A stretch of DNA of 64,000 nt from Candidatus Woesearchaeota archaeon (GTDB taxonomy: Archaea > Nanobdellota > Nanobdellia > Woesearchaeales > B72-G16), in NCBI GenBank assembly GCA_003650545.1, contig QMQO01000003.1, forward strand, positions 15,103 through 79,102. The letters are read 5' to 3'. A program made the translations under genes and the position numbers. The notes under the pieces are model-generated. The model saw nothing but the letters and a program-made list of their open reading frames with translations, was not told the origin of the DNA and made no database searches. Each line of letters opens with the position of its first letter. The first letter of the stretch is position 1. This document shows positions 18,268 to 26,983 of the stretch, piece after piece.

Positions 18268-20694
18268 ATGGCTAACATCCGATTTTATCCAATAGACATA
18301 ACCTATGTTACTGAAGGAGAAGAAACAAAGATTCTTTTATTTGGCAGAACAGACAAAGGCGAGCAAATAGCAGTTAAGGATAGTTTTGAGCCATACTTTT
18401 ATGTGTTACCAGATCGAGGTTTTAATCCTGAAACAATACAAAAAACTATTGTTGAAGGCAACAGAATATTCAAGATTAAAAAAATGAATGAAGAGGTTCG
18501 TTCTTATATGGGTAATAAGGTTGGTGTCTATAGAGTTGTGGTTAATCATCCTTCTGCTGTTCCTCTCTTTAGATCTCTATTTTTATCTGATGAAACTGTT
18601 AAAAATGTGTTTGAGGCTGATATACTCTTTACAAGACGTTATTTGATAGATACAAAGCTAGCGATGATGACATTGTATGAGGTTGAAGGAGAAGAAGAAG
18701 CGTCACACCTTAAGGTGCCTGTTTTTAAAGCTAGGAAGATGACACAGATCAGTTCGGATTTGTTTCAGGGAGTCAGGGCGCTAGCTGTTGATATCGAAAC
18801 TTACAATCCTGGCGGACGTTACTCTAGCTCTGACAAAGACCCAATTATTATGCTTGCAGTATATGGAACAGGTTATCAAAAGATTGTTACCTGGAAGCGT
18901 TTTAAAACAGACAAAAATATAGAATTTGTTAATAGCGAAGCAGAATTAATCCAGAAGTTTCAGGAATATGTTGAAGAATACAAACCAGATGTTATCATCG
19001 GGTATTTCTCAGATAGGTTTGATCTCCCTTATATTAAAAAACGTGCTGAGAAGTACAAGCTGAAACTCGATCTTGGCTTAAACCACACAGGTATTCAGCT
19101 TTCGCGCGGATACTCAAGCGATGTTAGGATAATTGGTATCTGCCACCTTGATATATACCAATTCATTTTCAACACAATGCGTGTAACAATGAAGACTGAC
19201 ACTTATGATCTTAGTTCTGTTTCAGCAGAAATACTTGGTGAAGAAAAGCACGATGTGAATATTGCGAATCTGGGTGAGATCTGGGATAATAGTCCAGATA
19301 AACTTGAAGATTTCTGCATGTACAACTTGCAAGATGCAAGGATGACCTATCTGTTGTTTGGAAAGCTATTTGCAAACATGGCCGAAATGGTTAACATCCT
19401 TGGCCTGAGTCTATACGATGTAACAAGGATGTCTTTTTCGAATCTGGTTGAGTGGTATCTTATTGGCCAAGCAAAGGAGAGGAATGTCATCGTTCCTAAT
19501 AAACCGAATAGTGAAGAGCTTAATGCAAGAATGAATAGAGAACCTTTTATTGGTGCAATGGTTCTAGAACCAGAACCTGGTTTGTATAAGGATATTGCTG
19601 TGTTTGATTTTCGCAGTTTGTATCCGAGCATTATCGCATCTCACAATATTGGGCCTGATACGCTTAACTGCGACTGCTGTCCTGATGCAGATAATGTTCC
19701 AGAACATAATTTCCATTTCTGCAAGAACAAGAAAGGATTCATCTCATCTGTTATTGAGGATATTATAAAGAGAAGGTCAAGGATAAAAGAAATTATGAAG
19801 AAGAATTACGATGATTTGTTATATGCTAGGCAGTACACATTAAAGACACTCCTTAATTCAACCTACGGTTATTTTGGTTTTTATGGTAGCAGATGGTATT
19901 CACCTGAATCAGGAGAGAGTGTTACTGCTTATGCAAGGCATTATGTTAGAACTGTTGTTCAGGCTGCAAAAGAAAATGGCTTTAAGGTTATATATGGTGA
20001 CACAGACAGTGTTTTTATTCAGATTCCAGAAGGAAAGACAAAACAGGATGCTCTTAACTTTATGCACACAGTTAACAGTAAATTACCTGGCATAATCGAG
20101 TTAGAGTTTGAGGGTTATTGTCCTGCAGGTTTGTTTGTTTTTACTAAGCATGGTGGCGGCGCAAAGAAGAAATATGCTTTATTGACAGAAGATGGCAAGA
20201 TAAAGGTTGTTGGCTTTGCTTTTGTTAGAAGAGATTGGTCTAATGTTGCAAGAGAGACTCAGAGAACAGTCTTAGAAATTATTTTAAAAGAAAAAGACCC
20301 AAAGAAAGCATTTAACTATGTTAGAGATGTTATAGAGAAAGTTAAGCGTCATGAGATTCCTGTTAAAGATGTAGTTATTTCAACTCAGCTCAGACGCGGG
20401 GTTAGCAGCTATGAGCAGTATGGGCCACATGTTGCTGTTGCGCAAAGGATGAGTGCTCGTGGTATTATGGTTGGACCAGGGAGTATGATTAGATATGTGA
20501 TTGTTAAGGGCAATGAGAAGATACGCGACAGAGCTCGTTTGGTTGATGAAGTTAGTCAAGATGATTATGATCCTGTTTATTATGTAAATAATCAGGTTAT
20601 ACCTGCTGTAGAGCAAATTCTTAATATTGTTGGCTATGGTAGAGACGATCTATTAGAAGATAAAGACCAAAGTAAGTTAGAGAGTTTCTTTTAA
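18268..20694 (+). CDS. polB: family B DNA polymerase
   Basis: It has Exo I (LAVDIETYN), Exo II/III regions, Pol motif A (DFRSLYPSIIASHNI), motif B (KTLLNSTYGYFG) and motif C (YGDTDS). No intein-sized insertion is present. The ATG at 18268 is preferred over the TTG at 18262. Confidence 0.95.
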   Translation: MANIRFYPIDITYVTEGEETKILLFGRTDKGEQIAVKDSFEPYFYVLPDRGFNPETIQKTIVEGNRIFKIKKMNEEVRSYMGNKVGVYRVVVNHPSAVPLFRSLFLSDETVKNVFEADILFTRRYLIDTKLAMMTLYEVEGEEEASHLKVPVFKARKMTQISSDLFQGVRALAVDIETYNPGGRYSSSDKDPIIMLAVYGTGYQKIVTWKRFKTDKNIEFVNSEAELIQKFQEYVEEYKPDVIIGYFSDRFDLPYIKKRAEKYKLKLDLGLNHTGIQLSRGYSSDVRIIGICHLDIYQFIFNTMRVTMKTDTYDLSSVSAEILGEEKHDVNIANLGEIWDNSPDKLEDFCMYNLQDARMTYLLFGKLFANMAEMVNILGLSLYDVTRMSFSNLVEWYLIGQAKERNVIVPNKPNSEELNARMNREPFIGAMVLEPEPGLYKDIAVFDFRSLYPSIIASHNIGPDTLNCDCCPDADNVPEHNFHFCKNKKGFISSVIEDIIKRRSRIKEIMKKNYDDLLYARQYTLKTLLNSTYGYFGFYGSRWYSPESGESVTAYARHYVRTVVQAAKENGFKVIYGDTDSVFIQIPEGKTKQDALNFMHTVNSKLPGIIELEFEGYCPAGLFVFTKHGGGAKKKYALLTEDGKIKVVGFAFVRRDWSNVARETQRTVLEIILKEKDPKKAFNYVRDVIEKVKRHEIPVKDVVISTQLRRGVSSYEQYGPHVAVAQRMSARGIMVGPGSMIRYVIVKGNEKIRDRARLVDEVSQDDYDPVYYVNNQVIPAVEQILNIVGYGRDDLLEDKDQSKLESFF

Positions 20695-20903
20695 CTGTTT
20701 GCACATTCTTTTATGTGTTTATTTTATGTGTTTTTATGTGTTTATGCACTTGTACGCTTGTATTGTCTTTGTCTATTGTCTTGTCTGGTTCAGCCAAATG
20801 AGGTTATGCTTCTAAAGGAACCAAAAACCTAAAACCAGAATCTAAAACCAAAAGTCTTAAATACAAATAATTTTTTTAAGGTTAGTTAAATAAGGGTGGA
20901 AAC

Positions 20904-21233
20904 ATGCGTTATAAAGCTTATAGTGCAATCATTGGAAGAAAGAAAAGAACCGAGGAACAAAGAGCAAAAGATGATGACAACAGACCAGTATTTGTACATT
21001 TATTTGATGTTCATGATCCTCATAAAACAACAGAAGTACCAAAAGAGATGCTAGATTTCAATGTTCATAGGGTAAAGATACATGGCTTAGATGTTAATTA
21101 TTTGCCTGCCGGCAATGATATTCTAATAAACAGGTTGAAGTGGATTGAGGTTGGCACAGAAGAAAAGGAGCCTAAACATCTGTTGATTAAAGGAGAGCAG
21201 ATACCAATCGGTCAGAAGAGTGAAGAGAAGTAA
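20904..21233 (+). CDS. hypothetical protein
   Basis: 109-aa ORF preceded by an AAGGGTGG SD, lying upstream of bud32. No family recognised. Confidence 0.35.
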   Translation: MRYKAYSAIIGRKKRTEEQRAKDDDNRPVFVHLFDVHDPHKTTEVPKEMLDFNVHRVKIHGLDVNYLPAGNDILINRLKWIEVGTEEKEPKHLLIKGEQIPIGQKSEEK

Positions 21234-21265
21234 ATGTTTTTAAGTTAAGATTTGTCAATTTTACT

Positions 21266-21859
21266 ATGAAACAAATATATCAAGGAGCAGAAGCAAAGCT
21301 ATATCTTGAAGGAAATAAAGTTATCAAAGATCGCTTTAAAAAAAAGTACCGCCATCCTGAGCTGGATAAAAAGCTGACATATTCCCGCACTAAAAGAGAA
21401 GCAAAGGTTCTACAAAAGTTGCAAGAGCTTGGATTTCCTGCACCAAGATGGATTTTTAATGATAAAAACATCCTTGAGATGGAGCATATTAAGGGGGCAC
21501 AGCTAAAAGATGTTTTTAAATTGAAACATTGCAAAAAGATCGGAGAGATGATTGCAGAGATGCATAATGCAGGAATAATACATGGAGACTTAACAACATC
21601 CAACATGATAATGAATGAGAAAATATTCTTTATTGACTTTGGTTTAAGTTTTTTCAGTAAAAAATTAGAAGACAAAGCTGTTGATTTGCATTTACTAAGA
21701 CAAGCTCTTGAAAGTAAACACTATGAAATCTGGCAGGACGCATTCGATAAAGTTCTAAAAGGTTATAAGGCTAAAGCCAAAAAAGCCAAGGAAATTATTA
21801 TGCGTTTGGAGAAAGTTGTCGAAATGCGGGGGCGGAATAAAGCAAAAATATCACATTAA
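21266..21859 (+). CDS. bud32: Kae1-associated kinase Bud32 (KEOPS subunit)
   Basis: GAEAKLY..., KKYRHPELDKKLTYSRTKREAKVL, the catalytic loop IIHGDLTTSNMI, and IDFGLS are present. The 197-aa length is typical of archaeal stand-alone Bud32. Confidence 0.8.
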   Translation: MKQIYQGAEAKLYLEGNKVIKDRFKKKYRHPELDKKLTYSRTKREAKVLQKLQELGFPAPRWIFNDKNILEMEHIKGAQLKDVFKLKHCKKIGEMIAEMHNAGIIHGDLTTSNMIMNEKIFFIDFGLSFFSKKLEDKAVDLHLLRQALESKHYEIWQDAFDKVLKGYKAKAKKAKEIIMRLEKVVEMRGRNKAKISH

Positions 21860-21877
21860 ATTTTCTTAATTATAAAA

Positions 21878-22762
21878 CTAAAATTTCTCAATAATATAAA
21901 ACAACTCGTTTTTGACTTTAAATTTGTTATAGTTGTAACCAATAGAATTAAGTAATGTATCAAACCAATGACGTTCCTCTTTTAGCTTTTTGCCTGATAG
22001 AGATTTGATTGGAAAACTTGCAATTATATACTCTGCATTGATAGAAAGCAAAACATCTCTTGTGATGTTCCTTTTAATATTTTCAAGTGTATCGATTGTC
22101 TTAAACATAAAACAAATGTCTGCCTTAATTTTTTTTAGTTTTTTAGTTTCTGCCACTAAATTGAGCTGGACCGAAGTGCCAGTAATTCCTATCAGTTTTA
22201 GGTATTCTTGAATTGTTTTACAATCCTCTTTGTTTAGTTCAGATGTAATAAATATTATGTGCTTGAAGTCAGGGATCATGAAATAAGAAAAAGGGTTTAA
22301 GCCACAGGCTATATCTAATACAACAGTTACTTCAGGAATGGCTTTAAAGATTCTTCTATAGATCTTTTTGTAGTGTGGGAGTCGTTCTTTTGTTGATTTA
22401 TGATGTTCCAGAACATTCTTATGTAATGCTATTAACTTACGATCCTTAAAATCAATATTGATATTTTTGTTTTTATAATTAGTATTAATATAATTTAATA
22501 ATTCTTGAATTGCTTTTTGTTCATTTGACAGCTTAAACATCCCGTAGCTTTTTCTTGCTAATGAGCGGATTGCTTTTAGAAGTCGTTTATATTCTTTGCT
22601 ATGCTTTAGTCTTGCAAAAGATTTTTCTTTATTTATTTTTTCTTTGATTTTTTTATTCTTTTTTAGGTACCTTTGGATCTCTTGTTTTATAAAGGAATCT
22701 TCTATTTTCTTAAGTTCTTTTTTTGATTTAATATCTTCGATTATCTCACTTATTTTGACCAT
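21878..22762 (-). CDS. FmrO-family 16S rRNA (guanine-N7) methyltransferase-like protein (RmtB/ArmA-like)
   Basis: Several blocks are colinear with my recollection of RmtB: SKKELKKIEDSFIKQEI (RmtB SKKYRALCPDTVRRIL), HKSTKERLPHYKKIYRRIF (HASTKERLAELDTLYDFIF), VLDIACGLNPFSY (VLDIACGLNPLAL), SFPIKSLSGKK (SFPTRSLGGRG), and C-terminal ELFYIIEKF (ELIYLIKK). Confidence 0.65.
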   Translation of the reverse strand: MVKISEIIEDIKSKKELKKIEDSFIKQEIQRYLKKNKKIKEKINKEKSFARLKHSKEYKRLLKAIRSLARKSYGMFKLSNEQKAIQELLNYINTNYKNKNINIDFKDRKLIALHKNVLEHHKSTKERLPHYKKIYRRIFKAIPEVTVVLDIACGLNPFSYFMIPDFKHIIFITSELNKEDCKTIQEYLKLIGITGTSVQLNLVAETKKLKKIKADICFMFKTIDTLENIKRNITRDVLLSINAEYIIASFPIKSLSGKKLKEERHWFDTLLNSIGYNYNKFKVKNELFYIIEKF

Positions 22763-23137
22763 AAAAATAGTTAATTTGTGGGCTATTTTAATTTTTGCTT
22801 TTTAATTATCCATCTAAGAAAACCAGATTTTTGAAATCAATAAATAGATTCTTTTTTACATATTTAGTTTATATAATGTTTAACATAATTTGTGTTTATA
22901 AGAGTCTTACATTTTATACACATTTTATACTTTATAACATTTTATACAAAACTTATTAAATAATTTTATAATTTTGATTTTTCACTTAATCTTATTTAAT
23001 TTCTCTTAACTTGACTTTTAACTTAGGTTTTGACTAAGTGTAATAGCTTTCCTACTTTTTTTTAACTTCTACAGAATAGATATATTTTTAAACTATCGAA
23101 AAATAAATAACTCATCATATTCCTGGAGGGTGATAGA

Positions 23138-23701
23138 ATGAAAATTGTTGCTATATCTGGTAGCCCTACAAAGGGTGGAAATACTGAGTATGTTGTAGAT
23201 TTTGCTTTAAACATTGCTAAGAGACGTGGCCTAGATGTAGAGAAGATAGCATTAAGCGAGCTTGAGATTGGTTATTGTGTGGCATGCTATCGTTGCATTG
23301 GAACAAATATGTGTAAAACTCATGAGGATGATATGCAATTTGTTTATGATGTTTTACGTGAAGCTGATGGTATAATATTTGCAAGTCCTGTGATGTTTGG
23401 AGGTGTTACAGGCCAACTAAGGACGATGATGGACAGGTTGCGTGTTCTTAAAAAGAATAATATGCAACTAAAGAATAAGATTGGTGCGGCAATGGTCGTT
23501 TATGAGCGAGGTCATGAGGGGCAAGAGTTGGTTTTACAAGATATACAATCGTTTATGTTAAGTCAAGGAATGATTGTTATTGGTGGTCAAGGTGAGTTTG
23601 GAGGCATAGTAAAAAAACCAGCAGAAGAAGATGAAGATGGCTTGCTAACAGTGGAAAAAACTGTAAACAGAATGTGCGATTTATTAGAGGTTCTACAGTA
23701 A
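23138..23701 (+). CDS. iron-sulfur flavoprotein / NADPH-dependent FMN reductase family
   Basis: It has the flavodoxin-like start MKIVAISGSPTKGGNT, the compact Cys motif CVACYRCIGTNMC (CX2CX2CX5C, as in Isf proteins), and IIFASPVMFGG. A GGAGGGTGA SD is present. Confidence 0.75.
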   Translation: MKIVAISGSPTKGGNTEYVVDFALNIAKRRGLDVEKIALSELEIGYCVACYRCIGTNMCKTHEDDMQFVYDVLREADGIIFASPVMFGGVTGQLRTMMDRLRVLKKNNMQLKNKIGAAMVVYERGHEGQELVLQDIQSFMLSQGMIVIGGQGEFGGIVKKPAEEDEDGLLTVEKTVNRMCDLLEVLQ

Positions 23702-23854
23702 ATAGTAATAGGGTTATAGTAAATATCAGTTCTGTTTTTTTTTCCGAAAAGTTAGGAAAGGGCAAATTCAATCAAGCATAAAGTGCAATAAATGAAATGA
23801 AGTAAAGGCAGTGCGTTGGTAATATTTATATACCACTTTATAATAATAACTCAT

Positions 23855-25211
23855 ATGAAAGTTCAACTAATACAACCAGCAGTAAATAAAAAATATTCAA
23901 GAATTTTGTCTAGCGGAACCATTCAGCCGATTGGATTAATATCATTAGCTACATTTCTACATAAGAATTTACCAGAAATAGATGTTGAAGTTTTCGATGG
24001 AGAGGTAACACCAGAAGAAGAAATTGAAAAGTGTATTGATGGAGATATAGTTGGTGTAGGTTCCACTTTAGTTACTCATGATAATGCTTTAAGAATTGCA
24101 GAAATTGCTAAGGAAAAAGGTGCTACAACTATCATGGGTGGAAAAAATGCAAGCGTATTGGCTGAAAATATTTTAAGAAACAGACCCTATATTGATTATG
24201 TAATTTCTGGTGATGGGGAACTTGCACTATTAGACTTAGTAAAGGGTATTTCTCCACTTTCAATTCCAGGGGTAATATATCGAACTAATAGTATTCCTGT
24301 TAGAAATGATGAACAATTTGTAGACTTTAGAGAAATTCCATTTCCAAATTTAGATTTTACAGACATGTCGAAATATTTTAAGATTTATAGAGCAAAACAC
24401 CCACACAGGGCACACGATGGCATGATTGGAATATATTCTCAAAAAGGTTGTGAATGGAGAGAAAAAACAAGAGGATGTGATTTTTGTGGTAGACTTGAAT
24501 ATAAAACTCAACAAAAAGATCAAAAGGAATTATGGGAATATTATTCAGCACTTAGGTCTTTATATGGTTCTGATATAATCTTTTTTATATGGTTCTGATA
24601 TAATCTTTTGGGATGTTTGTGATAATGTTACTGGAAATAGAGAATGGTTTGATAGTTTTGCTGCAGAAAAACCATCTGATTTTGATAATGAATTGAAATT
24701 TTACGTTAGAGCTGATAGATTACCACTAGAGGTAGTTAAAGCATTACGAAGGATTGGTACAAGTATTGTTTTTGTTGGTTTTGAAAGTGGAAGTGATGAA
24801 ATATTGCGTGGCATCGGAAAAGGTATAACCACTGAACAGAACTTTCAAGCGTCAAGAAGGCTTGGGCAGGAGGGTATTAAAGTTGAAGCTTCATTTGTAG
24901 TTGGATTACCCGGAGAAACAGAGGAATCTTTGGAAAGAACTTACCAACATGCAAGAGAAATTGCAGATGTCTGTGATGTAGAAATGTGTTTTGCGAATAT
25001 AATAATGCCTGTTCCTGGCTCAAAAATATATGAAAGACTTGTTAATTCGCCGTATGGATCACAATATCGATTATCAGATAACCCTGATCTAGAAGAAATC
25101 ACACGAGCTTATTTGCAAGGATTCACTCACGTTGGTTTTGAAACATTACAGGAATTTGGAAAACGATTAGAACAAGTTGGAAGATTAAGAGGAAGTCATG
25201 GGTATATCTAA
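23855..25211 (+). pseudogene. B12-binding-domain radical SAM gene disrupted by a 25-bp tandem duplication (frameshift)
   Basis: The N-terminal cobalamin-binding-like domain (MKVQLIQPA...PIGLISLATFL...IVGVGS...IMGG) and a Cys cluster (GCEWREKTRGCDFCG) lie in ORF 23816..24598. The radical-SAM core continues in ORF 24693..25211 (VFVGFESGSDEILR...). Deleting one 25-bp copy joins them in frame: ...SLYGSDIIFWDVCDNVTGNREWFDSFAAEKPSDFDNELKFYVRADR.... Confidence 0.75.
24561..24610. repeat. 25-bp tandem duplication inside the radical SAM gene
   Basis: Copy 1 (24561-24585) reads tatatggttctgatataatcttttt and copy 2 (24586-24610) reads tatatggttctgatataatcttttg. The 25 extra bases shift the frame by +1 and create a TGA at 24596-24598. 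Confidence 0.9.
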
Positions 25212-25275
25212 ATGCCCTGTCCTTTTATTTTAAGGTCTTTTTCTCAATAGAATAAAATGATCGTTCACTCAGGCG

Positions 25276-25316
25276 AGACTCAGCACTAAAGTGCTGGGCA
25301 GCCTTGGGTATTGTAG
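25276..25316. repeat. 41-bp perfect direct repeat, copy 1 (agactcagcactaaagtgctgggcagccttgggtattgtag)
   Basis: Identical to 26825-26865. It contains the hairpin cagcac-taaa-gtgctg. It is embedded in a GC-rich spacer, which is unusual for this AT-rich genome. Confidence 0.9.
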
Positions 25317-25445
25317 GTAGAGCGACCGGCAGTATGACGCAGGATTTTCACACATATTAATTTCTTTGGGCTGGGAGGAAATGTAGTAACTATCATGTAA
25401 TAAATAACTAAAAGGTTTATAAATGATTGTAATAATTATACTTAT

Positions 25446-26108
25446 ATGTTAGAAAGAATAGTAAATAGTTTCGGTAGATTGAGAAAATTACAAAGTATTG
25501 GTAGTTACGAAAGGTCAATGATTGAATATGGCTTAAATGAAGTAAATCAACATTGCGATAGTAGTAATACTTTGGTTCTTGCTAAAAGGATTTCTTTATT
25601 TTCAAAAGATGTTGATGACTACATTAGAAGAAGAGCAAGAACAGATTTACCTGCTTCACAATTTGTGGGCATTCCAGAAAGAAGAGAAGAATTTGTAGAA
25701 ATTGGTGGAGTTCTGGTTTATGGAAATAATGGCTTGATTGAAGTTCGATATTCTTCGCTAGATGTAGAAAATGTTAGGGAACTAGTTGAATTGCCAACAT
25801 CCAATTATCCTTGTGAATTTGCAGTTCCAAGAAAAACACGGGATGATTTCTATGGCGGAAGGCCATATAAAACTTACATAGAAACATCTACTGAATATCG
25901 TGTAAATCCCGAAGATTTTAATCAAGGAGATATAGTTATCGATTGGCATACACATCCTGATGAGGGAGTACCGAGTTTAGAAGATGTTAATTCAATGTTA
26001 AAGTTAGATGGTCTTATAGGGAATAAAAAATTGTATTCTGTTATTTATGTTCCTAGAGATGATCAATCTTATTGGTTCAAGATAGAAAAAGCCCAGCCCA
26101 AAGAGTAA
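25446..26108 (+). CDS. JAB/MPN (JAMM-like) metalloprotease-domain protein
   Basis: The C-terminal motif DWHTHPDEGVPSLEDVNSM has the HxH...S..D arrangement of JAMM/MPN+ domains, with one residue fewer between H and S than canonical. The N-terminal 160 aa match no recognised family. Confidence 0.5.
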   Translation: MLERIVNSFGRLRKLQSIGSYERSMIEYGLNEVNQHCDSSNTLVLAKRISLFSKDVDDYIRRRARTDLPASQFVGIPERREEFVEIGGVLVYGNNGLIEVRYSSLDVENVRELVELPTSNYPCEFAVPRKTRDDFYGGRPYKTYIETSTEYRVNPEDFNQGDIVIDWHTHPDEGVPSLEDVNSMLKLDGLIGNKKLYSVIYVPRDDQSYWFKIEKAQPKE

Positions 26109-26149
26109 AGTTTTTCTAATTTAGTGAAAATCCGAGTAATATTGCACAT

Positions 26150-26167
26150 AACATATGCGATCGCTGG
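26150..26167. repeat. palindrome-centred motif aacatatGCGATCGCtgg
   Basis: A near-identical copy, aacatccGCGATCGCtgt, is at 27846-27863. A degenerate copy, aacatcgcacttgctgtt, is at 26801-18 inside the 7-bp inverted repeat cctaaca/tgttagg. Each lies at the 5' end of a GC-rich inter-cassette spacer. Confidence 0.8.
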
Positions 26168-26286
26168 TTAACCGAACCGACCTCTACGAAGTGGGGGTAG
26201 TTAAGGCACAGGACAGATTAAAAACCAAAAGATTTTTATATAATTAAATAATCTTATTTAATATTAAATAATTTTGGGTGATTGAT

Positions 26287-26508
26287 ATGGTTTTAAAAAC
26301 ATTTAATGTGCAAGAAGATGTGTATAATAAATTTTCCCGTTTTTGTAAGAATCTTGGAATAAGTATGAGTAAACAAATAGAATTCTTTATGGAATCTTTT
26401 ATAGAAAATGAACCTGAAGCTAAGAAACAATATCTGGAGAAACTTGAAAAAATTAGAAGAGGAAAATTTGTTAAAGTTAAAAGTTTCGCTGATAGATATG
26501 GGTTGTAA
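26287..26508 (+). CDS. ribbon-helix-helix (CopG-like) antitoxin
   Basis: MVLKTFNVQEDVYNKFSRFCKNLGISMSKQIEFFMESFI shows the beta-strand/helix/helix RHH pattern. It ends 2 bp before the RelE-like gene. The ATG at 26287 is preceded by GGGTGA. Confidence 0.55.
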   Translation: MVLKTFNVQEDVYNKFSRFCKNLGISMSKQIEFFMESFIENEPEAKKQYLEKLEKIRRGKFVKVKSFADRYGL

Positions 26509-26510
26509 TT

Positions 26511-26774
26511 ATGAGTTATGATCTAGCAATTTCTGAAAAAGTAGATAAAAAGTTTAGTAAGTTGAGTAAAAAGAATAAAAAACAATTAAAGATAATTAAC
26601 AAGAAAATTCAAGAAATTCTTACTAACCCATATCACTTTAAACCGTTGCGTGGTGATTTAAAAGGAGCAAGAAGAATTCACATAGATAAATCTTTTGTTT
26701 TAGTATATGAAATAGATGAAAAAAATAAACTTGTAAAAATTTTAGATTATGATCATCATGATAACATATACTAA
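26511..26774 (+). CDS. relE: RelE/ParE-family type II toxin
   Basis: 87 aa with ...ILTNPYHFKPLRGDLKGARRIHIDKSFVLVYEIDEKNKLVKILDYDHHDNIY, the typical RelE/YoeB-like core (L.G.L.G..R.r.g.yR..Y.I....v.i......H...Y). Confidence 0.75.
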   Translation: MSYDLAISEKVDKKFSKLSKKNKKQLKIINKKIQEILTNPYHFKPLRGDLKGARRIHIDKSFVLVYEIDEKNKLVKILDYDHHDNIY

Positions 26775-26824
26775 GGTCTGTCCGAGCATTAATTGCGCCT
26801 AACATCGCACTTGCTGTTAGGGCA

Positions 26825-26865
26825 AGACTCAGCACTAAAGTGCTGGGCAGCCTTGGGTATTGTAG
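26825..26865. repeat. 41-bp perfect direct repeat, copy 2
   Basis: Identical to 25276-25316. Here it sits in the centre of an imperfect palindrome of about 85 bp (left arm cgcctaacatcgcacttgc, right arm gtgcaacgatgccgaaggcg). Confidence 0.9.
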
Positions 26866-26945
26866 TGCAACGATGCCGAAGGCGAAAAGAGTTTTCGCAA
26901 TCGCCATTATTCACAGAACGAAGTGATACATCAAAGACAAGAATC

Positions 26946-26963
26946 AAGGGGACACACTCAAAC
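26946..26963. repeat. left arm of an inverted repeat (aaggggacacactcaaac; perfect 15-bp core ggggacacactcaaa)
   Basis: The reverse complement of 27809-27826 is aagggggacacactcaaa. Aligned by codon, the arms differ by only two substitutions over 21 bp. Both arms encode I-(K/R)-G-T-H-S in open frames on opposite strands. Confidence 0.85.
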
Positions 26964-26983
26964 AAAAAACAAGAATCGGGGGC

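Noticed and set aside
18268-20694. Intein in the family B polymerase
   Set aside because: The length (808 aa) and the contiguous polymerase motifs A, B and C leave no room for an intein. No Cys/Ser-...-HN splice junction insert was seen.
20695-20800. T/G-rich short repeats (ttatgtgttt x3, ttgtct x3) after polB
   Set aside because: This is low-complexity 3' UTR or terminator-like sequence. There is no higher-order structure or coding potential.
26795-26890. Integron attC site (bottom strand ending in GTTAGGC, imperfect palindrome of about 85 bp)
   Set aside because: The R' core fits GTTRRRY, but the partner arm is GCCTTCGG rather than RYYYAAC. The other three spacers do not show the R''-L''/L'-R' layout, cassette orientations are mixed, and no IntI-like integrase is in the window. 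I kept it only as a hypothesis to test and did not annotate it.
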